From: Piromyces finnis finn | Lineage: Eukaryota > Fungi > Neocallimastigomycota | Assembly (NCBI GenBank): GCA_002104945.1 | Contig: MCFH01000041.1 | Span: 248,001 to 312,000 of the forward strand | Length of the DNA: 64,000 nt | Direction: 5' to 3' | Shown: piece after piece, positions 14,199 to 27,400 of the stretch | Layout: each line of letters opens with the position of its first letter | How positions within the stretch are numbered: the stretch's first letter is position 1 | The notes under the pieces: generated by a model | Told to the model about the DNA's origin: nothing | The model's input: the letters and a program-made list of their open reading frames with translations, nothing else | Databases searched by the model: none | Made by a program: the position numbers and the translations under genes

Positions 14199-15962
14199 CA
14201 TTACAATAAATATAAAAAATTATGTTTATATCCTAATAGTTGAAATTGAATCTAATGATATTTTATATATATATATTTTATTTTGAGCTTTTATAGCATA
14301 ATAATGTTCTTAAGAAAAAAAAAAAAAAAAAAGGAGGTTCATTATTATTTTCTAATATTATGAATAAACTTTTAAATATTAAATCCAATGATGTATATAT
14401 ATCAATATTTAATTTAAAATTTGTAAATAAATGAATAACATTGCAATAATATTTAAAAAATATTTTTAGGTAAAAAAAAAAAAAATAAAAATAAATTGCT
14501 ATATATGAAATTTATTATTATCACTTTATTAAACGCATCTCTAATATTAATATTTTAAGTATTGTAGCATTAACTTTACTAGAACATAGTATTGAATATT
14601 CTCTATTTTTTTTTTTTTTTAATTATTATTGTTAGTATTATGTTTACCTAAGCCAATTTTTTTTTTTTTTTCCCTTACATCTATATAAATACCTTAAAGT
14701 TTCAACTTAAAAAATTAACCCAATTATAATTTTTTTTTTATTATTATTATTATTTAATTCTGTATAAATTAAATGAAATTATTAATCCATATAATATTTA
14801 TTTCCATAAACTATTTTTTTTTTTTTAATTATTAAATAAAATAATTCATTTGTTTTATTGCTTTATTCTATAACATTAAATTTAGTTTTATAATACAAAA
14901 TATTTTAACTTTTTATCCTTTTGCTATTTGCAAAATAATTATACCTACCATACAAATTATCAAAGAAAAAGTATTACGAAATTTTTCAAATTTTTAATTT
15001 TTTATAAATGCTTGTAAAAAGAATATTTATTAGCTATTGATTAAACTGTTAAATTATTAGCAGTAGAATCGATAATAATAAGAATAATAATAATAATTCA
15101 TCAGAACTATGTTCTAAGATTGAACGGGTGAAGAATACTATTCAACTATGAAAAATTACACTCAGTTCAAAAATTAAAATATATAAAAAAAAAGAATTCT
15201 TCATTAACATTTAAAAACTTTTTTTTAATAATACTTATTTTAAAATTCTTATTATATTAATATTACAATTTGTATAATTAAAATTTAAAATACTTTTATA
15301 TAATTAAAAAATGTGAACGATACTTCAGGCATTTTAAAATAAAATAGTGAAAATTCAACCAAAATATTATAATTTTATTTGGTTTTAATAAAACTCAAAA
15401 TCAAAGAATAAAATTTTTATACTTCCATACATTCTAAACATTTACTTTTTTAAATACTAAATTATAATTTTTTAAAACAAACTAAATAAAAACTAACCTT
15501 TAACTCTTTTTTTTTAATAATTTTCAAATATTTTAATCTTTTCAAAACCTGAAAAAAAAAATTACTAATTAACAAATTTAAATACAAATATCCCTTTTTA
15601 TAGTACTATTAAGATATTTCTCTGTAATACGTAAATTTTATATAAAATTTCATTTACACTACTTCCGATATATTTTCTATAATATGTTACGACTTATTTT
15701 ATATTTACTATTCTCAAACATTTTTCCTTGACTAATCCCAATTCATTATTTTCATAGACTGTACACTTCTCAAAATCGAATACATAACATTAATACACAA
15801 GATCTTATATATATATTAATTATTTATCGTTTTAAGACCCATAATTTTGATTTTATTCATATATATATTGAATATATATATTTTATTGATCTAAATGATA
15901 AAGGCATTTTGATAATCATTAATTTCTTGCGTCTAACACAATACAATTAATTAACGTTCAAT

Positions 15963-16519
15963 TTAAGCAGAGGCAGCGGCAACACGTGGCTTTGGGGTAG
16001 TGTTTTCTCTGAAACCGTTCTTGAAACGTCTGGTGAGGGTCTTTAAGTATCTCATACGACCGGTACCGGTGGTCTTTCTTCTCTTACCCTTAACACTCCA
16101 GTTGTCTATTTATTGTTTATAAAAAATTATTATATCATTATATTAATTTCTATTCATCAATTTTACTAAAACCTAATATATATCTATTTCATATCTATTG
16201 ATATTTACACTTTCTGGTCTTAGCAGCTGGGTAACCACATTGAGCACAGGTCTTCTTTTGGTTGTGGAAGCAACGACGACCACATCTTGGGCAGAGAGTG
16301 TGGGTCTTAGTGTGACGTTCACCAAAACTGGTAGTACCTTTAGTCTATTATTATTATTATTTGATAAAAATAGTAGACATCATAATAATTTTTTATGAAA
16401 AGGTGTTCAGTTCAATTACAATATTAATAAAAAAACAAAAACATTTAAGTTAATAAACTTAATTCATCCATCAACACTTATAATAATAAACACATTAATA
16501 AAAAATATTCATTTACCAT
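15963..16519 (-). CDS. RPL37: 60S ribosomal protein L37 (eL37), copy A, 93 aa, 3 exons
   Basis: Exons 16519-16517 (ATG), 16344-16209, 16105-15963. [40 protein letters not shown]...[11 protein letters not shown] contains the C-x2-C...C-x2-C zinc ribbon and GTGRM motif of eL37. Confidence 0.97.
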
Positions 16520-16965
16520 TTTTAACTAATCTTAAATGATCGTTATAAAATCGAAAGAGAGGAAATCTAATAATTAATTATGATGGTAATTTCAAAGATT
16601 GTTTAATAGTCACGTGCTTAGATCTTATTAGTATGCTTCAAAAAAATTGACCAATCATATTCAAAATTTTAACATTATATATAATTATTATTTCCTTATA
16701 TAATTTTTATAATTTGATTTTTATTTTATTAATTATTGATGATAATTAGGTAGTGTATTAAATAATAATCCACTAATGTTTGTATACATTCTGTAAAAAA
16801 ATATAAATTTATTATATTCAATATTGTATTTATTTGATAAAATGTAGAATAATATCCAATCAGATGGATATTAACTATTCTAAAGGGTTTAGGTTCATTC
16901 TTTTTAATTTGTCCTCTCTCTAAACAAAAATATCGACTTTTTTTGTGTCGGTTTAATTTGTAAAA
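16520..16965. promoter_or_regulatory. Bidirectional promoter between the two RPL37 copies
   Basis: 446 bp separate two divergent ATGs. The interval holds GTCACGTG (16609-16616), CCAATCA (16651 and 16856), AGGGTTTAGG (16884-16893), and a CT-rich tract just upstream of each ATG (16553-16565 on minus, 16913-16920 on plus). Function of the motifs is inferred. Confidence 0.7.
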
Positions 16966-18254
16966 ATGGTATGTATGGGTTTTTTCCCAAGACATAATTT
17001 GTTCTAGCCTAGTGTCTTGCTTTTTATTCTATATGATTATTTTTTTTTATTTAATTATTAAGTCTCTACAATTATATAAAGTCCTCCATATGAAATACTT
17101 TATAATAATAAAGAACTTTTGTATTTCATCTTTTTTTTTTTTTTTTTTTTTTGCTGAATATTATATCAAATTATTTATTTATAATAATAAATATTGATAT
17201 ATATATATGATATTTAATTTATCTTATTTAAAATGTTATTCTAAATTTATAAACATAGTTAATAAAATAGCATATACATTTACATATAAATTACTAATAA
17301 GTTTTTATCTATATCTAAATTCATAATAATATAATAAAATAAATTTATTATGTAATTTGAAATTGGAATTTTAAATTAAATTGAAATTTTACAATTTCAA
17401 ATTTAATTCCAAATTTTAATTTGAAATTGGAATTTTAAATTGAAATTTATGTGTATAATAGACTAAAGGTACTACCAGTTTTGGTGAACGTCACACTAAG
17501 ACCCACACTCTCTGCCCAAGATGTGGTCGTCGTTGCTTCCACAACCAAAAGAAGACTTGTGCTCAATGTGGTTACCCAGCTGCTAAAACCAGAAAATGTA
17601 AATATTTATAATCAAAAAAAATAATAATAACAATTGCAAATGAACTATATATAACAATAAAATAAAGTATTAAAAATTATAATCGTTGAATATCAAATAA
17701 TGAAAATTAAATATATATAAAAGGATCAACACAAATATTTATAATACCAACAATAAATTCAAATTTTATATTTGAACATTTTATAATATTCATTTTACTC
17801 CACAATCTAGAAGAAGAAAATAATGACATTAAAATTTTTCTTTAAGAATTTCATTTTATATTAAAATCAAATTTTTTAAAAAAAATATTATTCTTTGAAT
17901 TTATATATAAGCTTTTTTTTTTTTTTTTTTTACTTTTAAAATAGCTATATACAAAAACGTGCAAATAAATGATTTTAAATGTTAAATTAATAATTCAAAA
18001 AAAGAAAATTAATTACAAAAACGAAGAAAAAAAGATGATTTTAAATGTTAAAATTGATAATTCAATTTTTATAAATATTAATCATATTCATATATTGTTT
18101 TAATTTTATAGACAACTGGAGTGTTAAGGGTAAGAGAAGAAAGACCACCGGTACTGGTCGTATGAGATACTTAAAGACCCTTACCAGACGTTTCAAGAAC
18201 GGTTTCAGAGAAAACACTACCCCAAAGCCACGTGTTGCTGCTTCCTCTGCTTAA
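16966..18254 (+). CDS. RPL37: 60S ribosomal protein L37 (eL37), copy B, 93 aa, 3 exons
   Basis: Exons 16966-16968 (ATG), 17462-17597, 18112-18254. Same protein as copy A except Ser instead of Ala at residue 91. Confidence 0.97.
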
Positions 18255-21200
18255 ATTAGTTAATTGTTATTTGTAATTTTTTTGTATATTTATATTTTTT
18301 ATGAACATAAAAATTCATAAATATATGTAAATATAATATAAATATATATATACATAAAAATAAAATAAATAATAAAAAAAAATATCACAAAAAAAACTTT
18401 TGAGCTTATTTATTTTAAAAATTGAATTTTTTTTTTTTTTTTTTTTTTTTTTATTAATTAAAGAAACTTGATATAAACGAGGAATTTATAAAAGTACTTT
18501 AATGTTTTCAAATCAAGTTACATTTTGGTTTAAATAATAGCAAATAGTAATAATTTTTAGACTATATATATATAATGCATTCAACATTTCAGCTAACAAA
18601 AAGTAATATTTATAAATGAAATAAATAATTTATTAAACTGTAATTAATAAAATGGTGATATAGGAAAAATGAGTATGGGAAATGAAATAGTAATATTCTC
18701 TACTAACCTTGTGTGATATATCAATAATAAAATAATAATATTTTAAATATAAGAATTATTTATTTATTTATTTATTTATTTAATTTAAACATAAATATCT
18801 ATTGATATATAATATTTACTTTATCAATTTAAAAATTTATAAAATAGTAAAGATAATAATAAAATATTAATGGTTAGGTCATATTTTATTAATTAAATTA
18901 ATATCATTAATAGCATAAATATATAAACCTAATCTTTTTTATTTAAATAAATTTCAAGAACTTTTAAAAAGTTTCTTTATTATATTTTATATGAAGTATT
19001 TAAAGATTATATAATATTTTGGTTTAAAATAATGAATTTTGCCTTATATTCAATATTAATAATTTAATATTCTAATTTATTTTATAAATTACTACTTCTT
19101 TTTCTAGTTTACTCGTTTATTTTATATCTTATTTGAAATTAAAAAAAAATCTTAAAATTCCTTAAAATAAAAAAGCTTGCATATTTTTTGAAGTAGTTAT
19201 TGTAATTTAATATTGTTGTTACTGGATTAATTATATATTTTTTAAACTGTAATTAACAATTTTGAAGTTTGAATATAAAAAGTTTAATAAGGTTAATTAA
19301 ATTTATAATAAATAAACAATTGGAAACTATTATAATTATAATAAATATTAACTATTATTTCTAATATTATAGAGTAAAAAAAATAATAAATATACCTATA
19401 TACAATTATTTAAAATTAACTGTTATTTTTTTTATACAATCAATTAAAATTAACTGTTAATAAAATTATAAATATACAATTACTTAAAATTAACTGTTAT
19501 TTTTTTATACTAATAAAATTATAAAAGATTACTATAAAAAAACTATAAAGATATATAATGAGGTTCATTAACTATAATTTTTAATAGTTTTAAAAATATT
19601 AATGAAATTATATTATTATTATAATAATAATAATAATAATAAATAAAATTAAAATATATTTATAAAATATAAAATTAATTAATGTAATTTAGGATATTTC
19701 ATTTCGTTTTTATCACAATTCTAAATAGAATTTATTCCTAAATAAATTTCTTATTAATATTTAATAATAAAAAAAAAGTATTAAAAAATTATTTGTAATA
19801 ATAAATAAAATAAATAATATAAACTTTTTTAAAAAGTTTTTTTTTAACTATTTTAACTATATAAATAATTCTAAATTAATTTTATATTTATTCTAAGTTA
19901 ATAATAAGTATAATATCAATACTATAATATTAATAAAATATATATTTTTTTAACATTAATAACAATTTATTTATTTATATTTATAAGAAATTCACTTAAA
20001 AAATACGATATTAATATATAAATATAAATATAATTACTAATATTTATTTTTTCCATAGGTTAGGCTTTAATTTAACCTTTAAAATTTTTAAGCATTAATT
20101 TTTATTAAAAATTATTTTGTTAATAAAATTAAAAAGTTTCTTATATAACAACAAACCAAAACATATATAATAAGAGTATAATGTAATACATGATATACTA
20201 TTAGATCAATAAATTATTATTTTATCAATATTCATGAGAACGAAAGCATTTTTCTAATTGATATCTATTAATATTATTAGGAAATGCTTGATACATTTTC
20301 CCGAAAAAAGTATAATTAATTAGAAGGACTAATTATTATATTTTTTTTTAATTTATGTTAATAGGGAATGATACCCAATATGTGGAATCGCTGATTACTT
20401 TATAAATTTAGTTATATGAAATTAAATTAATGTATCTAAATGTATACATTCTCATTGTAATGTTTTATTTTATTAAAAAGGATTAATTAATTTTTTTTAA
20501 TTTAAATATATATACTTTTTAATAGAATACAAATAAATTAATATTTAAAATAGGATTATGAAAATTATAAATTTTAGTAAATAAATATACAATATATTAT
20601 TATTAACATAATATATTATAAATATAAATATTATCCAATTAATACTTATGTTACACAATTTAATTTTTTTAGAAAAACAATTTTTAATTAAATATTTTTA
20701 TATTCTTTTTTGATGATGAGAGAAAAAAAACTTGATTTGATAAGAAGCTGGTTACAGTTACACCTTGTATAAAAAAAAGAAAAGAGTCGTGGTTTAATAG
20801 GAAATTTTTGATTGATCTATTGTAAATAATATTTTTTTTTTTAGAGTTGGGATGTGCGTATTTGAATAATTTCATTCTATGAGTAGTGTAATGGAATACA
20901 GAGTCATTTTTAAAATAATGTATTTGTAAGAATTTAACTATATAAAACAGTAATATAAATACCATTTTTTTTAAATAAAATGGAAATAAAATAATGATAG
21001 TTATATATAATTTTAATGAATATTTATCAATTTATAATTAAAAAAAAAAACCAATCTTTTAATATGAATACTTCCATTTACATTCACGTTTAAATGTATT
21101 ATTAATGTACAATTAACAGTTATAGGCTCAAAATTGATTTTTACTAACCATTAATATTTAACTGCAAATAGTATACCATATTATTTAAAAGTAATCAAGA

Positions 21201-24081
21201 GAGACCAATCAATAAAATAAAGGTTAGATTAATAAAATAAGATGATGGATTATGATGGTTTAATAATATGAATAATTAATTGAAATATTTTTGCTTAAAG
21301 AGAATTTCCTATATCATAAAAATAATGAATATCACAAAAGTATAAAAGTACATTTTTATATAATTGGGAAAAAATAATTACATTTATTAATAGCAACAAA
21401 TTTTAATCTAATACATTGTGCTCTTTTTTTTTTTTTTTTTGCTAGAATCATATAATTTATTTTTTTAAATTTTAAAAACCCAATTGTCTACATTAATTTC
21501 TATTATATAAATGCATACGTAATTAATTATGTAAATCTTTAAATTATAAAATTGCTATTTTGAATTTTTATAATTAACATAAACTTTCATAGTTCATTAA
21601 TTTTATATCACATCAACGACTACTTTGAATATTTAAACTAATTAATTTAATTAATGGTTGTTAATTAAGTCATTCAATTATTGTTATTTTTTAATTAATC
21701 GATTAATAGGATTAACATTTTTATAAAAATATGAAATAAGAAATAATAAGAAAATTAAGAATAAACAAAGTAGTATTGATAAATCTTTTGAATAATATCT
21801 AATAGTATCAAAAATTCTAATTTAATAAAACTTTTAAACTTTTTTTATTAATGTGTTCTTTTGAAAATAATAATAAATAAGAATAAATAATAATGAATAA
21901 TTGTAAAGAACATTTAAAATATATTATTAAATTAAAGATAAAAATAAGTATGTGTTCAATTTATGCAATAAACTTTTTAATGGCATATAATATGACTTTT
22001 TTTTGTATTAAGATGTTTATTTGATTCATTATTTGAAATGCGTTAATTGAAATTATAGTTATCTTATTTTAAAGTAGATACTATTGAATAATGATTGTCC
22101 TTTTACATTTGAAAAAAAAGAATGAAAAGCAATCAAAATATAATGTAATACATAATATAAATATAATGTAATACTTCATGTACATTATTAATAGACTAAA
22201 AAAATATCATCTTCAATTATTATAAATTTTTTTTATGAATTTATTTCAATTATGTATTGATTATGAAGTATCACAATTATTAATATATTATGCTATATAA
22301 TTTAATATATATAACAATATATTTAAATAAATTGATGTTATAAAATAATAAATATAAATCCATTTTTTTATTATAATTATGCTAATATAAATTTTTATTA
22401 AAAACATATTAAAAAACAATATTAAAATTTGTTGATTGATATAAAATAATATATTAAATCAATATAATTAAATTATACTTAATATATAATATATTATAAT
22501 AATATTTTAAAATTTCAAAAGTGAAAAAAAAAACAAGAAAAATAATATATCGAATAATCAACATATTATATCATATATTATTACAATTAATCAATATAAT
22601 TTTATATAATTTTATATATTATAAAATAATACTTATTTATTAATTATTTTTTATTAACTAAATTGAATCATAATATTAAGATTTTTTAAATATGATGTAA
22701 ATAAATTGTTGTATATACATCTACTATTTAAATAATTACATTTATAATATTTAATATATATGTACATAATATATAATAATGTATGCTGTAATATATTAGA
22801 ATTAATGATTCCTTTTTTTTTTTTTTTTTCAATTATTTGTTTGAAAATTTATTTATTAAATATATTGTTATTCTTCATCATCATCATTATTATTATTATT
22901 ATTGTAAAATTGATTATATAATAATTTATATAAGAATAAAAATAATTAATATGTTTTATTGTGTTATGATAATGTAGAAAATTAGTCTAAAAAATTTTTT
23001 GTTTTTGAAATTTTTTACTTTTCTTATAAATTTTTTTATATTATTTTATTTTAGAATATTTAGTAATGAAATAGTAGTACTTTTTTTTTTGTAGTAATTA
23101 TATTTGTTATTTTTTTTAATCTAAAAGATGTTATTTATATTATAATTTCTTAATTATAATTAATAATATATTTAGTAAAAAATAATTAATATATACCAAA
23201 GATAAGAGTATTAATCACTATAAATTTAATTAGTTAGAAGACGTTTTGTTAAATGAATAGATAACAAAGTATATTACAAGTACATTTCATTTTATTTCAA
23301 CATTATTCATTAGAAATCATTTTAATCAAACCAAAATATTAATTTAGAATCAATATAATTTCAAGCAATTGAATAATATACATATTCAAATCCTATATTA
23401 TCATACCAATTTACTTTTTTTTTTTATTAAACAGATTAGATTTCAAAAGAAGGAATCAATTAATTTGGCAATAAATGAAATAAATCTATTCAAATTTAAT
23501 ATATTCACTAGATTTATTTTATCAATTAAATATAAACAACAGAAAATAATATTAAAAATGATTTGTTTATCCAAGATATAGTATTTATAGAAAGAGAATA
23601 ATTTTTTTATTTCATTAAAAAAATTATTGAATTATAAATTTTCTATTATCTTGAAAAATATTGGGAAAAAAAAAGTTCAAATAATTCAACAATTTAATGA
23701 AGAATAATTTTTAGATTATTTCTTTAATATATGTAAATTTTATTTATTATTTATTCATTTATTAATTATTTTAGAGAATATATTTTCAGAACATTTAAAA
23801 TATTAATAATATTTCTTAAATGTTAAATTATTTCAAAATATCTTCATCATTTCACAAATCATTTATTGATATTTATTGGTAAATATAACAAAGTTTTTGT
23901 TTCCCTATAAATATTAAATTTTTGAAACGTTAAAAGTCATAAAAATTAATTTAAAATTTTAATTAATTATTAAAAAAAGATAATTTTATATATCTCATTT
24001 AAATCCAATATAATCATAAAAATATTTCGAAAGAAATATATTACAATACAACAAATTAAATTTTGATTACAATAGAGAGTA

Positions 24082-24145
24082 TATAAACTTTTGAAAACAC
24101 TAGGTTATTAAAAATACTAATAACCTGTGTATTTCAAAGTTTATA
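24082..24145. repeat. Imperfect inverted repeat, ~28-bp stem with 7-nt loop
   Basis: TATAAACTTTTGAAAACACTAGGTTATTA-aaaatac-TAATAACCTGTGTATTTCAAAGTTTATA. The arms pair with three single-nucleotide bulges. Confidence 0.8.
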
Positions 24146-24467
24146 GTAGCCTAAAGAAAAATAATAATTAAAAACTTTTGTTTTTTTTATTTTTTTTTTG
24201 GCATAACCATTAACTATTTTATTAAATGATAGCAATTACAATATTGAAATCAATTATTTTATCAGTTATACTTTGATAGTATTGTTATAAAATCATTCAA
24301 TTTAAATTTGTTTTTTTAATATTTTAATATATCATTTAAATTGGAATTATTAAACTCGATATTATTTGTTATTCGTTTCAATTAGATTTTATTTTTTTGT
24401 TTTGCTTTTAATTTTAGTTTTTTTCTTCAGTATAGAATATTTATTATAGAGTTTATATTAGGGTATA

Positions 24468-27400
24468 ATGCAAAATAATTTAATGGAAAAAGAATCTGTA
24501 GAAAGTAAAAGATTATCTACGGCAACTAGTGTCTCTCTCTCAGTGGCTACCTCAGCTTCTCCTTCCCTTCTATCTGAAACATCATTTAATAATTCCATTC
24601 TTTCTAAATCACCAACACCATCATCAATATCAAATTATGTTAATAATCAAATTCAAGGAAAAGAAACAAAAAGTGAATCAGAGAAAAAGAAATTGAAGAA
24701 TGTTTTACATAAATTTTTCAAGACAAAGAAAATATTTATTGGAAGTAATCATGGACATCATAAAAAGAATAGTTACAGTCAGAATTTAGGTGATGAAAAA
24801 AATATTTATGGATATTCAACAATTGGTAAATCAATTTTAAATGCAGATGAGAATTTAAGTAAGAATGCTAATACTGTTTCTACTTCTCAGCCTGCCTCTT
24901 TATATTACATTAATAATCAAGCTAATAGTACTCAAAGTAATATTGAGAATAATTATTTAACTACTCCAAATTCATTATCTCAGCAACAGCATTTACAATT
25001 GAATGAAGATAATAAATTCCCAACTTATTATAGTAGAGAAGAATTAGAACTTAAATTAAAAAGTGAAACAGAAAAAAATATTTGTTCTGATAAATTAACC
25101 GCTAAGGAGTTTGCTGCAGAAGTTGGAATTATACCAATTAACGAAGAAGATGAGGATAGTAATAGTGTTAAAAGCAGTCATTTAAATAATGTTACCTATT
25201 CATCATTTTTTACTAATAATGGAATTCAAAATACATATAATTCTACTAAATCTTATGGTCCTCGTTTAGATATGTCATTATTTGATCCTCCAAATAAAAT
25301 TTCATCAGAAAATCTTAATGAATCTAAAAAGACTATCATTCCAGAATATAATCAACGGAGTTCGTTTGGTTTATCTTCTAGTTCTGATATTGATGGTTCA
25401 TTAGGTGCAAAAGGTGCACTTAAGTCTAAGGATTCAGAAAATGAAACTATTGAAATTTTAGATATCGACTCACTTTCGAAAAGTAACATCAAAGAAAATG
25501 ATATTGAAAAAGCGGAAGCTAAATTTACAACTCAAACTAGATCTAGAATTAAAAAATTGAGCCGTTTTGAAGTAGAAGTATTAAGTGGTAACACTCCAAA
25601 AAGTGCTATGATTAATTCAAAGAAGCCCAGCATTAATACTTTAGGCCTTGGTGAATATAATCAAAGTCATAGTCATCCTAATTCTGCAAAATTATCTAAT
25701 TCATTTAGTTCTCCTTGTTATTTGAATGCTACTTCATCTCTTCCTAATTTAAATGATCTTAATAAGATAATGTTAAAAAATGGAAGTGGTTATCATACTA
25801 CACCTTCTTCACCAGCTAGAAGAGATTATGGAATTCCTAAAAATGATAATGTTTACTTTGTTTGTTCCAACGCACAGACTAGAAAACCAAGAAGAGTATC
25901 TCTTTCTAAACATTCTCCTATGAATAGTTTAGATGAAAAGAATGGTAAAGATGCTAAGGAAAAATTAAGAATAATTGTTGATATTCCAAATGAAGATGAT
26001 AATGATAGTATGCCTTCTTCAGCATCAACTTCGTCATCGGCTTCTCCTATTCATTTCGAGGCTAAACATCAATATTCTACTACTACAATTAATTCTTCTG
26101 TTTCCAAAATAGATATTTACAATTTAAATAATAATGAAACTGCTAATAAGGCACGTAATATGACTACTACTATTATAACACCTGAAATAATTAAAGCAGC
26201 AGATGATTCTAAGAATTCTTCATCAGAAAGTAATAGTTTAACTACTACTCCTATTAATACCCCATCACCTGAAGAATTAAAGAACATTTGGATTGATAAA
26301 ACAATTGGTGGAAATACAAATTGTATAAATAAGTTTCACATTACAAACTTCCAAACAGAAATTAGCAAAGCTGATAATACTATTCATACAACTACTGCTT
26401 CACATATTAAAGATGCAATGACTAATACTGATAGTGTAGTATTTCCAATTCAAATTATTAAGACTCCAATAGGTGGTAAATGCAATACCTACTTAAGTGA
26501 TTCAAAAGTAACTAATGAGGATATTCAACCTAGTCGTTTTAGTGAAAATAAAACAAAATCTTTACATTCAAAAAACACTATAATTGATGAAGAAAAGAAT
26601 AATGAAAAATCAGAAAAAAATAATTTAAATAATAAAGAGAAGTCTGAAGACAGTTCCAATGTTGTTCAAGTTATTCAGAAGGGTAGATTTACGATTATGA
26701 AGGAGCATCATGATTATAAACATGCTGTCTCACATCATTATAAATTTGTCATCATTAGAAACCCAAGTTCAAATGTATTATTACCTCAAACTTCAGGTGA
26801 TAGTTTAACCTCTTCATCCTTATCTTCTATTCCATCATATTCTTACATTGATCCAACCAAAAATAAGGATGTAAAACATAGTCATAAGGAAACTCTTTCT
26901 ACCATTATTACCCCAACATCATCCTCCGGTTTAACTTTAGATAAATCTTCAATGATTAATTCATCATCAAACACAACGTCTCCTCCAGGTTCTCCATATT
27001 CCACATGTTCTCCTACTCTTTCAACTATATCCATTCCACATCAACAATTAGCAAATATAGCCGCTGCTTCATTATCATCTAATTTGAATTTATCAGAAGG
27101 TATTGCATATACCACAACAATTGACTCTAATGGTAAAGCTTTTGAATCAAATAAAAGTGAAGAACATGTTCTTATCGTCCCAACAAATGATGAAAAACAA
27201 AATAACTTAACTTGTATACAATCATTTACCTCATCAGTTACTCCAATTTCCACCTCATTGTATATATCGACAATCACACCAGTACAAACTTCGTTAAATA
27301 AAGATTTAATGCATGGTATTGGTCCAACAACAACACCACTAAATGAAGATACACATTCAACGACGACAACGCCATTAATGATTCATTCGATAACTCCATC

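Noticed and set aside
16345-16516. C/D snoRNA-like arrangement in RPL37 copy A intron 1 (gtgt-TGATGG...CTGA-acac on minus)
   Set aside because: Box C is imperfect, the k-turn register is non-canonical, the interior is low-complexity, and I recognise no rRNA-complementary guide.
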